Assembly (NCBI GenBank): GCA_030141605.1
Contig: JAQGDQ010000741.1
Coordinates: 80,314-103,633, forward strand
Origin: Tubiluchus corallicola
Taxonomy: Eukaryota; Animalia; Priapulida
Length of the DNA: 23,320 bases
Direction: 5' to 3'
The notes under the pieces are model-generated. The model worked only from the letters and a program-made list of their open reading frames with translations, did not search any database and was not told the origin of the DNA. Shown one piece after another: positions 1 through 11,060 of the stretch (positions are counted from its first letter, which is position 1; every line of letters begins with the position of its first letter). The translations under genes and the position numbers were made by a program.

Positions 1-1382
1 ATGGCATTGTGCTAGTTTGTGTAGTTTCGGTTTCATTTGGTGCCAGTGCGGTAGCTGCTGTCACTTGAGTTGCATTTGATGCCAATGTGGCACTGATTGT
101 TGTGTTGATCAGAAAATCTGGCAAGGTAGATGCTGGCAAAGATGTTGTTTGTGTTAGTGGAAGCATTTCAGTTGTTATAACTGGAGCTGTAACATTTGCT
201 GTTTCAAAATATTCATTAGTAGTTGTAATGTTGGACTCCAATGCCGTTGTGACTGGTACAGATGGCATTGTGCTAGTTTCCATAGTTTCTGTTGTATTTG
301 ATGAGAGTGTGGTGCTAATTGTTGCATTGGTCTGAAAATCTGGCAAAGTAGATGCAAGCAAAGATACTGTAGGTGTTAGTGGTAGCATTTCAGTTGTCAT
401 AACTGGAGTTGTAGCATTTGCTCTTTCAAAATATTCATTAGTAGTTGTAATGTTGGACTCCAGCATTGTTGTGACTGGTACAGATGACATTGTGCTAGTT
501 TCCATAGTTTCTGTTGTATTTGATGAGAGTGTGGTGCTAGCTGTTGTATTGGCCTGAAAATCTGGCAAAGTAGATGCAAGCAAAGATGCCATCGGTGTTG
601 ATAGCAACATTTCAGTTGTCATTATCTGGGTTGTGACATTTGTTGTTTCAAAATATTCCCTAGTAGTTGTAATGTTGGACTCAAATGCTGGTGTAACTGG
701 TACAGATGGCATTGTGCTAGTTTGTGTAGTTTTAGTTTCATTTGATGCCAATGTGGTAGCTACTGTCACTTGAGTTGCATTTGTGGCACTGATAGTTGTG
801 TTGACCCGAAAATCTGGCAAAGTTGATGCAGGCAAAGATGTCGTTTGTGTTAGTGGTAGCATTTCAGTTGTTATAACTGGAGCTGTAACATTTGCTGTTT
901 CAAAATATTCATTAGTAGTTGTAATGTTGGACTCCAATGCTGTTGTGACTGGTACAGATGGCATTGTGCTAGGTTCCACAGTTCCTGTTGCATTTGATGC
1001 AAGTGTGGTGCTAACTGTTGAGTTGGTTTGAGAAAGTGGCAACGTAGGTGCAGGAAATGATGTCGTTGGTGCTGATGGCAATATTTCAGTTGTCATTATC
1101 TGGTTTGTGACATTTGTTGTCTCAACGTATTCCCTAGTAGTTGTAATGTTGGACTCAAATGCTGGTGTAACTGGTACTGATGACATTGTGCTAGTTTGTG
1201 TAGTTTTAGTTTCATTTGATGCCAATGTGGCACTGATTGTTGTGTTGATCTGAAAATCTGGCAAAGTTGATGCAGGCAAAGATGTTGTTTGTGTTAGTGG
1301 TAGCATTTCAGTTGCTATAACTGGAGCTGTAACATTTGTTGTCTCAAAATATTCCATAGTATTTGTAATGTTGGACTCAAAT
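1..1382 (-). CDS. Continuation of the same mucin exon in the shifted frame; open to the window edge
   Basis: Reading FESNITNTMEYFETTNVTAPV... from ~1381 down to position 2 gives ~460 codons with no stop and the same 74-aa repeat. It is probably absent from the ORF track because it has no stop inside the window. Confidence 0.8.
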
Positions 1383-2150
1383 TGTTGTGACTGGTACAGA
1401 TGGCATTGTGCTAGTTTCCATAGTTTCCGTTGTATTTGATGAGAGTGTTGTGCTAACTGTTCTGTTGACCTGAAAGTCTGGCAAGCTTGATGCAGGCAAA
1501 GATGCTGTAGGTGTTAGTGGTAGCATTTCAGTTGTCATAACTGGAGCTGTAACATTCGTCGTCTCAAAATATTCATTAGTAGTTGTAATGTTGGACTCCA
1601 GTGCTGTTGTGACTGGTACAGATGACATTGTGCTAGTTTCCATAGTTTCTGTTGTATTTGATGAGAGAGTGGTGCTAACTGTTCTGTTGACCTGAAAGTC
1701 TGGCAAGCTTGATGCAGGCAAAGATGCTGTAGGTGTTGATGGCAATATTTCAGTTGTCATTATCTGGTTTGTGACATTTGTTGTTTCAATGTATTCCTCA
1801 GTAATCGTAAGGTTGGGCTCGAATGCTGGTGTGACTGGTACAGACAGAAATGTGCCAGCCTCTTTTATTTGAGTTGTATTTGATGTACCTGTGGTAGTTT
1901 CTGTAGTCTGGGTTGCATTTGACGCTAGTGTGGTTAGGACTGTTGTGTTGATTTGAGAAAGTGGCAAAGTAGTTGTAGGCAATGATGTTGTTTTATCTGA
2001 AGTTGTTTCGAAGAATTCCTCAGTAGTTGTAAGGCTAGCCTCGAATGCTGGTGTTGTGCTAGGCGGTATTGTGCTAGTTCCAGCAGTTTGAGTTGCTGTT
2101 GATAGCAATGTAGTGTCATTATATTCAGAGGTTGTTGTGGTGAAGTTTTG
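1..2150. repeat. Coding tandem repeat, 222-bp (74-aa) unit, about 9-10 copies visible
   Basis: Anchor ttggactc at 231, 453, 675, 927, 1149, 1371, 1591 and variant at 1813 (spacings 222, 222, 252, 222, 222, 220, 222); a further diverged copy at ~2035. Confidence 0.95.
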
Positions 2151-3221
2151 TTGTTTGGATGTGACTGGTAATGACGTCAGTATTGCAATTTCATCAGTAT
2201 TACTGCCATTTTCAGCAAAAGTTGTTACAATTATCGGAGCTGTCAGCATTATTGTAGAGGTTACATTCAGAGGAGCACTACCAGATAATGTTACTGTTTT
2301 TATTGTAGATGATATAGATGATGTGGTACCTGTGTAATTACTGTCTCCATCTTGGGTAGCAAACACGGAGTTTGTGACTGGAAGTACATTTAGTGATGTG
2401 GTAGAAACGTTGGATAAGAATGTTGTGACAGGCGAAACAGCATTTTCCGCAGTAATTGTTGTCAATGCTGACCTGCGTGTTCGATTTGTTGTGCTTGGTG
2501 AGGATGACGATTCTGCCAAGGATTCTGATGCTATCAGGCTAGCAGAGTTTGGTGCACTTGTAGCATTTTGTATTGTCCAGCTTGACATATATGACCGGCC
2601 TACATTAGTAGAGTTTGGCATAGTAAAGTTTGACCCTGATGATAAGTTGGTAAATGATGTTGTAGATTCAACAACAGCTGCAGATTCTGACGTACTTGAA
2701 GTACCTTGTACTGCTAAACTTGACTCTGACGACAAATTTGTTGACAGTGACAAAACCGGTTTGTTGAGAGAAACTTTCGTGCTGGTTTCAACTTGAACCG
2801 GGCTTGAGGTTAACTTTGCAGCAGAAGAATTCGTGAGTATTGCAGTTGTTGGTACCCTGGAGAAATCTCTCGCTAACGCCGGTGATGTTGAAGTTGATGT
2901 CGTTGGTGACTCTAACGTATTGGAACCGTTCGCTGATTTTGACATTGGTATTGTGGATGAATTCAGTGCCCCTATTGCCGTTGTCAAAGTTGATCCGATA
3001 GATTCCATTGTGTAAAGCAAATTGGAATCTCTTAAGTCTGACACATTTGCTAATGCTGGTACTGCAGACGAAACAGCCACACCTGTTGACACATCTTGCG
3101 TGGTTGCTGGTGGAGCAGGGGTTATGATGTCTTCATTAGCTAAGGCATTTTTCTTGATTTTTTGTGATTTAACATGTGTTGGCTTCTCCTTACGCACACT
3201 TTTGTTTTGAATTGGCGCCAC
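1377..3221 (-). CDS. Large Ser/Thr/Pro-rich mucin-like exon, 5' part up to the frameshift-induced stop
   Basis: Acceptor tatattcag|GTG at 3222/3221. 614 open codons (VAPIQNK...PVTTI), very S/T-rich and Cys-free, many N-X-S/T sequons, RTRR at 2472-2483, 74-aa repeats in the 3' part. Confidence 0.85.
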   Translation of the reverse strand: MAPIQNKSVRKEKPTHVKSQKIKKNALANEDIITPAPPATTQDVSTGVAVSSAVPALANVSDLRDSNLLYTMESIGSTLTTAIGALNSSTIPMSKSANGSNTLESPTTSTSTSPALARDFSRVPTTAILTNSSAAKLTSSPVQVETSTKVSLNKPVLSLSTNLSSESSLAVQGTSSTSESAAVVESTTSFTNLSSGSNFTMPNSTNVGRSYMSSWTIQNATSAPNSASLIASESLAESSSSPSTTNRTRRSALTTITAENAVSPVTTFLSNVSTTSLNVLPVTNSVFATQDGDSNYTGTTSSISSTIKTVTLSGSAPLNVTSTIMLTAPIIVTTFAENGSNTDEIAILTSLPVTSKQQNFTTTTSEYNDTTLLSTATQTAGTSTIPPSTTPAFEASLTTTEEFFETTSDKTTSLPTTTLPLSQINTTVLTTLASNATQTTETTTGTSNTTQIKEAGTFLSVPVTPAFEPNLTITEEYIETTNVTNQIMTTEILPSTPTASLPASSLPDFQVNRTVSTTLSSNTTETMETSTMSSVPVTTALESNITTTNEYFETTNVTAPVMTTEMLPLTPTASLPASSLPDFQVNRTVSTTLSSNTTETMETSTMPSVPVTTI

Positions 3222-3537
3222 CTGAATATACATCATTGTTTTTAATATCATTTACAATTCAGAAATAATTAATAATCTTAGCTAGATTGCGGAATAATTC
3301 AATGCACAACAATGACTTGCGTACATATAATTGTGGACTTATTTGAATAACAAACTGTGCATAAATTAGGACTCGATCGAGAAGCCGTCGTCATTTGTGC
3401 TACTGTTTACTTGAACTACATAAGTTCAGATTTTTATAAGGCATAATAAAAAGTACGTAGATTAGCATAAGAAATTACATTTATACTTGCACTTACCTTT
3501 ATATAAAAGAACTCCCACAATAAGAAAAACAAGGAAG

Positions 3538-3803
<266 letters not shown>

Positions 3804-3947
3804 AAAAATGCAAACAAAATAATCGTTATGAAAATACCAGTAATGTACTACACTTACAGTCTCACATGTCCTTACACTTTGGGTAATGCTGGTACTTCAA
3901 GAACACTTACACTAATCCCTCACTCGTTGGCAAGTTAGAATTTTACA

Positions 3948-3980
3948 CTCTCTCTCTCTCTCTCCCCCTCTCTCTCTCTC

Positions 3981-4030
<50 letters not shown>
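3948..4030. repeat. (CT)n microsatellite
   Basis: Directly visible. Confidence 0.97.
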
Positions 4031-4033
<3 letters not shown>

Positions 4034-4101
4034 CTCTTTCATTTTTAACTCCCAGCGTCCTGATCTCCACCGAGTTATGTAACTCATTACCGGTAACATA
4101 C

Positions 4102-4173
4102 CTGTGTCAGAACTAGAATTAGTAAACAGCACGCCAAGCTGAACCATTCGTTTTTCTTCATCGGAAGCACCAT
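4102..4173 (-). CDS. First coding exon (signal peptide) of a mucin-like secreted or membrane glycoprotein: MVLPMKKNEWFSLACCLLILVLTQ
   Basis: Minus strand: acceptor ttttttttatcag ending at 4176, ATG at 4173, 24 codons, donor CAG|GTATGT (GT at 4101-4100). The phase-0 donor matches the phase-0 acceptor at 3221. Basic n-region and hydrophobic h-region continue into VAP of the next exon. Confidence 0.85.
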
Positions 4174-4553
4174 CGCTGATAAAAAAAACAATTATTCCAC
4201 GAAAAATTCTGTTAAAATCACATTGCTAGAAGCGCTAAGTTAACATGGCCGACATTAAGCTTATCTTAAAGCAAATTAAGAGATTCTGATCTTGCCAATC
4301 TGTTGCACTCATCAATTAATGGAAATTTATTAGGCCAGTTGTTCGCGTATAATAAGAACTGAAGCAAAGTCATATCAATTCATGAATTCAATGTCATACA
4401 GCAAGTGCTTCTGATTTTAGCAGGTGTGGGCAGACACAATCTTAAACAATTCGTGTTTGTTGTTGTAACTAAACAATAAAGCGGTGACCTTTATTGGTGA
4501 TTTAAAGACTCGTCTGTCTTAGTTTGCAAAATATTACCAGCATGAATAAATCA

Positions 4554-4859
4554 TTGAAAATAAATTTGATTGATTTATTGGAGATCAATAGCTAGAACAA
4601 TCACAATACTTCTGTGACAAAATAAAATAATTGAAAATGAATTTGATTGATTTATTGGAGGTCAATAGGTAGAACGGTCACAATACTTCTGTGACAAAAT
4701 AAAATTATTGAAAATGAATTTGATTGATTTATTGGAGGTCAATAGGTAGAACGGTCACAATACTTCTGTGACGAAATAAAATTATTGAAAATGAATTTGA
4801 TTGATTTATTGGAGTTCAATAAGTAGAACGGTCACAATACGTCTGTGACCAAATAAAAT
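4554..4859. repeat. 77-bp minisatellite, 4 copies
   Basis: ttgaaaat unit starts at 4554, 4631, 4708, 4785; copies are near-identical. Confidence 0.95.
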
Positions 4860-5540
4860 GTGACAAAAATGATAATTTTTTTACAAGTTTCTAGACAGAA
4901 AAGTGTGTAAGGAATTATAAAAATAAATTTTTAGTGTTTTTTGAACATTTTCTTGATAATTTGATGTTATAATATAAAAGTCCAATACATTTAGCGTTAG
5001 TTTTTATAAAATACGAAAAATTTACGTTTAACAAAATTTTTGGGTCAGTCTACTTTGAAGCATCATAACGTAGTTTCAACTATGCCGACTTATGGACGGT
5101 TTTGGTTTTAAAAACGGCTTCTTTGATCAAGATACTTGCATTCTGTTTTCAGTTTATCTGACGTAAGCCTAGTTTTCGAAAAGAAACCCTTTCTTATAAA
5201 CGCAAAACAAAAGTAAAAAACATGGTGGCTTGCAAACTTGCACGACAGCTTATGTTTGTCGCTTTACGTGGTGCCATCTGTTAAGCAGAATGTGAACAAT
5301 TATTACAACCCAACTGATTTTAGCTTTGCCCTAAGACTGTCGTCTCTGTACGTGAAATAATCTAACTGATTAGTAAAGATGAATATTACACAAAATGGCG
5401 TCAAATAGTCTATTATCAAGGAACAATGGACATATTCTCAAAGCATCGCCCACTTACTAGCACTTTAAGATTGTGAAAAACTTTTTGGAAAAACACAAAA
5501 CAGCAGTCCTTCACAAAAAATTCAAATGAAACTCGTCAAA

Positions 5541-6004
5541 CTGATTTGATTTAATATTTTATTTCAAACTTCACAAAGTTCATATACACATCACAAATTA
5601 ATACAAACAATACAATAAATCATGACACACAACAATAATACGAATAACAATTAACGACATAACAAACTACGCCAATGACGTCTAATTACAGAAGTAAAGT
5701 TTGCATCACTGCTTAAAATGTTGCTGCATATAAAATTTTCACTGTTATTCAGCCTGTCGTATAAACTATATGCACATTTTCTGTGAATCAGATCAAAATA
5801 AATAATATTAAGTCTAGTAGAAATATATCTAGCGCTCGTATCATATGAAAAGTTAAACAGCTTCCGTGTTGACACATTATATGCAACATTGAGTTTGCTA
5901 AGATTGTAGGAATAAAAATGTCTCCAAGTGGACATACAATAAAAAGTAGTGCAGTAAGCGTTAAACAATTGTCTCTTCACGTTAACTGAACAGTGAGAAA
6001 AATG
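5541..6004 (-). mobile_element. 5'-truncated non-LTR retrotransposon (LINE) 3' fragment
   Basis: Minus-strand frame FSHCSVNVKRQLFNAYC..FY....W...L.VAYN...RKL resembles the region C-terminal to LINE reverse transcriptase. Stop at 5651, then 3' UTR, AATAAA and a short (AAATC)n tail. Confidence 0.75.
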
Positions 6005-6693
6005 AAAATATGCGTTAATAACTGACTGACTGGCTGACCAACCAACTGCTTTATCGGAGAGTTTATAGCTTAGTATAAATTTACAAGTCTAGTTTTTAAA
6101 TAATTAATAGAACTGCATTCGGGTAACATACTTTAAATCAATATGTTCGTGTGTTAATCAGTGCTGGAAAGCTTGCTTGGCCATGTTGACAACTATATAG
6201 AGCTGCTCCTAATCAATAAGGTATAAAGAACGCTAAATTAGTAAATACCTTGGCGCAATCTTGCAGTGCTCACTTAGACTGCTCCTGGACTACTGAGCAA
6301 CATTGAAATCAGCAAGTGTTCTGATCAAGCCAATAATTTATAAGGTAAAGTGAAAGAAAACTCTTGGCAGAAAGTGGTTCTTTCAACGATATCCCGTTGA
6401 CTGGGAATATTGTAAAGTATCTGATTAAGGGCTATATTAAATATTACTACATAAAGTAACTACAGAAAAGTGTAATGAAGTACGTATGTAAAAATGCCGC
6501 TCATGCGCAGAAAAGAACTGTTGTTAGTTGTTGCCTTTTGGGCTGACTTGTGAGAATCGTTAGCATCGTAGTTCCGTGTTTTGTTGCTCCAAGCATTTGA
6601 ATTATCGACACTGCAACTGGAATTGGTTTTGTTGTTGCTGTTGCTGTTGTTGTTTAGCATGTTTTTCAAAGAGTTTAGTGGAGGTTGGTTATA

Positions 6694-6784
6694 ATGATGG
6701 AAATCTTTTTGAAAAAACTTGTGAAAGGAATTTTTGTGATTTTCGCGTTTTTGCTTCGACATTGTGTTGCTGAAATTGAACAAG
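6694..6784 (+). CDS. Exon 1 (signal peptide) of the Caspr/neurexin-IV-type fibrinogen-like-domain gene: MMEIFLKKLVKGIFVIFAFLLRHCVAEIEQ
   Basis: In-frame upstream TAG at 6676, ATGATGG start, hydrophobic core with a C-V-A type cleavage site, perfect donor AAG|GTAAGT; phase 1 matches the next exon. Confidence 0.8.
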
Positions 6785-6802
6785 GTAAGTCTAATTAGTA
6801 AA

Positions 6803-7520
<718 letters not shown>

Positions 7521-8617
7521 TGTATTGTTGTAACTGCATTTTGACCCGCGATTCTCGGCAAGGATCCAGGGAGCAAAATTACGTCCCAGAAATTTTTCCT
7601 TTTTTGGGGTATCAACGCAAACTTGTGAAAATAAACATGTATTAATTTTATGAATTAATGTTAAGAAAAGCTTTGACAATAACCAAACAGTTTGTAAACA
7701 TATGAACTGCATGTTTGGAATAATAAGATATAAAATTAGATAATTACATCACTTGTCCCCAAGTTTGGTTTTCCTAACCACTAGGGGTCTTCCCGCTTCT
7801 ATAATTCTCTACTCTCTGATTCATAAACGAAAATGGAAAATTGCCAAAAATTCTTGAAAATATAAATTGGCCGGATCAACCTATTTTAAACCTTTGTGCC
7901 AGAAATTAAAATTATCAATACAGATTTTGTATGAATATCTCGTATGTTACAATAATAAATAAATAAATATTAAAAATTAACACCCTTTCGGACTATCTAC
8001 AAAGACACTAAAATAGGATTCACTATTAGTTACTCTATTTACTTGAAAATTAACTCAAAAACCAACTTCAGTAAATTAATAATTTCTGTGTATTTTTCAT
8101 TTATTTATTTTTTGAAATGGTCACCAACTTCTTCGTTTACTAAGAACATTGTGTTTTTTCTTTCACCTTATTGACTTGTATGGGGTCAGCTGCATGCTGT
8201 AGATTATTTAGCAAATGTCACTGCGCTTGGTCAGACTAATACTAATGGCTTGATTAGCTTCGTTTGACCAATAGTTGTTTAGCTGCAGTATTATCAGAAC
8301 ACACCTGTATTGAACTTGCATTGATGTGTCACAATGCGAGCAGAGAATTCAATCATCTCTCATTATGGAACGTTGATCAAAAGTCCTATTAACGTTTCAT
8401 CATCACGAAACTCGCTTTTGCAATGGGGCAAATGGGGCGGATCGTTGCATTTTGTGGCGCGTGAAATATCAGCACATGAGGAGAAATATAAAAACATGGA
8501 AATCATTAAAATGATGTTAGATGATATTCGTGCAAATGTTAGCAAGAGTTTTGAACAAACACCAATTTTACGTCCTGATTTTAGTATTTGCACGAAAACC
8601 ACATCACATTATATTAA

Positions 8618-9064
8618 TGAAGATGACGAGGAAGAAGAAGATGATGAAGATTATGATGATGATGACGACAACGATGATGATGAGGAAGAAAAAGATGATG
8701 ACGATAATGGCGATGATGATGATGATGATGATGACGATGATGATGACGATGGCGACGACGACGACGACGACGTCGATAATGATGATGATGTTGGTGATGA
8801 CGATGACGACGACAATGACGACGACGATGACGACGACGATGGCTATGACGATGACGATGACGACGATGATGACGATGACGACGATGATTGTGATGATGGT
8901 GGTGATGATGATGATGATGTTGTTGATGACGATGCCGATGACGATGATAATGATGATAATGACGATTATGATGGTGATGATGCTGATTGTGATGATGATG
9001 ATGTTGATGAGGATGACGATGACGATGATAATGATGATAATGACGATTACGATGGTGATGATGC

Positions 9065-9103
<39 letters not shown>

Positions 9104-9132
9104 CGACGACGACGATGACGGTGGTAGTGATA
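8618..9132. repeat. Degenerate (GAT/GAC)n trinucleotide repeat
   Basis: Directly visible; includes an internal ~50-bp duplication (~8938 and ~9019). Confidence 0.95.
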
Positions 9133-9526
9133 ATAACGCTAAAGATAGAAGTCCAGGATTTTATCACGTCAGTAATTTCATACCTAAATTAGCTGTTCAA
9201 TACCAGAATTTACATGAATTTACTTTTCTAAAAACTAGAAAGCGAGTGAGTCAAGCATAGATAATGATGGTTCATGTAACCCCCTCCCAATGCCTGCCTC
9301 TTCAACTCAAACTCCTTTCTACCTGTTTGAATGCATCAGAATTTTATCAATGATGAATCACATTTCGTTGATCTTGTTATTATCCAGGCTAATTACAGGT
9401 GAATATACACGTGTAATTAACACACCATATGGACAGTATGAGGTTATAATAGCTAAAATAGTAAGTTGCAAGTATATTCATCTAGTCTCTTATCCAGTCT
9501 TATCCACAAAACAATATTACAAAAGT

Positions 9527-9700
9527 ACATTAAATTTTACATGACATATTTTACACTATATATACATTTGACATGACACAATTAACTGAAACATGCTTTA
9601 CATTACATAAATTTCACTCATTACATTTACACTATTTATACATTTGACATTAAAAAACTAACAAAACACGTATTACATTACATAATTTTTTCAAATTTTA
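9527..9700. repeat. Diverged ~76-bp tandem duplication
   Basis: tacactat(a/t)tatacatttgacat at 9552 and 9628; tacattacataa at 9599 and 9674. Confidence 0.7.
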
Positions 9701-9834
9701 CATTCTTAATCGTTTTATGGAGTCAGGGGCGGGGGTAGATGAAAGTTGAGTCTGTGTAATTAGTATCAGAATGTGAAAGTTGAGACCTGTTATATTGATA
9801 TTGTGGAGATCGCTGGCATCTATTAGAATTAAAT

Positions 9835-9928
9835 AGAACGTTGTAGAATGTTCCATTAGAATAATCGTCTTACCTTGTAGAATGTTCTAGAAAGAAACGT
9901 CTAGAATGTTCCCTGGCACCCTATATAA
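9835..9928 (+). promoter_or_regulatory. Heat-shock element cluster plus TATA box in the LTR U3-like region
   Basis: aGAAcgTTGtaGAAtgTTCc (9835-9854), perfect aGAAtgTTCtaGAAa (9879-9893), aGAAtgTTCc (9903-9912), TATATAA at 9922. Confidence 0.65.
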
Positions 9929-10426
9929 TTATTATTATTATTATTATTCTTTATTTAAAATTTAAAATTATACGCATATACAAATATTTACATACATATT
10001 GTAAAAATACACACAGGGACCCTCTATTTGCAGGGTTTGGTTAAAAAAACTATGTAAATAAAATAGCTGTTATATTCGCAAGACATTTAAATACCAATAA
10101 ATCAATATACCAATAAAAGAACAACTAAAATCAAATAGTACCAATTTACACAAAACGACCTGTATAATATAAAAGTGACAGATATAATATAAAAGTTCAA
10201 TATTTTATACTAAAGTTTGTAAAAACGAATCACAAACTAACTCAGAGAAAGCAACTAGCAGGTTTTTGTCACGAGAGGTATAAATTTTACTAATGTTATG
10301 AAATTGTAGGCTATTTGCGAGCGCTAATCTTTTATTTTCGTCGACCAAAGTACAATTAAAAAGCAAATGTTCAACTGTTTGTGCTTCCTCTGAGCATATA
10401 CAGGCATTTTCGTGTATATATCCAAT
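9929..10426 (-). mobile_element. 5'-truncated LINE 3' end nested in the LTR
   Basis: C-terminal zinc-knuckle-like CICSEEAQTVEHLLFNC, stop at 10205, 3' UTR, AATAAA and (TAA)n tail; flanked by TATAA on both sides. Confidence 0.8.
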
Positions 10427-10867
10427 TATAAGGCGAATTATTATTATTATTATTATATTATACCCTATATAAGGCGAAGCAGGCCGCTGAGAGACACTCG
10501 CAGATTTCACACGGACGCCACTTACACATTCTCTTATATACTTGTATTTTCAGATACACTCAAACGTTTTCCAGATTTTCACGTTTACTGTAAACATTTC
10601 GCGTTCCTTCATACTTTAGTGTTGTAGAATTCTCGCTTAATAAACTAGTTTAATTTGACGAAGTGTTTTCTGGTTTTCTCTACGAGCCTTCCGAGAGAAA
10701 CAAAACACAACAATTGATATTCTTTTAATTTCTTTTTAAAGTGAATGCATTAAAGCTATACAAAAGGATACAAAGCTTCGGTTCGTTTTAATAAACTGAT
10801 GTAAAAATGATTTGTATATCAGAAGAACTAAATTTATATACATATAGTCGGTTCTTATGTATTTTAG

Positions 10868-11011
10868 GTAAACTATCTACTTATCCTGTATCCTGTACAG
10901 AATTATACCTGTCAGGAGAAAGAGTGGATGGCAAATACATCATTGATCCAGATCCTGGAGGTGGAGTTGTTCCGTTCCAAGTGGAGTGTTTCTTTTCTGA
11001 GCTTACTAAAG
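10868..11011 (+). CDS. Exon 2: GKLSTYPVSCTELYLSGERVDGKYIIDPDPGGGVVPFQVECFFSELTK
   Basis: ttttag| ... AAG|GTATGA; 144 nt, phase 1-1. SCxE...G.Y.IDPD..G..PF.V.C is the N-terminal motif of fibrinogen-like domains of the Caspr type. Confidence 0.92.
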
Positions 11012-11060
11012 GTATGAGTAGCAAGGTAGTACATCCGTGTCTTTAGTTCGTTATTGTGAT

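Larger units (their letters stand above)
9802..10712 (+). mobile_element. Solo-LTR-like element (~367 bp once nested insertions are removed)
   Basis: TGT...ACA termini, flanking direct repeat ATTGATAT (9794-9801 and 10713-10720), TATA box CCCTATATAAGG, AATAAA at 10639. The same 3' end recurs at 18850-18943. Confidence 0.75.

Noticed and set aside
87-3210. Plus-strand Val-rich ORFs and short alternative-frame minus-strand ORFs
   Set aside because: They are antisense or off-frame shadows of the Thr/Ser-rich mucin exon.
3222-3251. ATG at 3251 as the mucin start
   Set aside because: It gives no signal peptide. An in-phase acceptor at 3222 and the signal exon at 4102-4173 explain the gene better.
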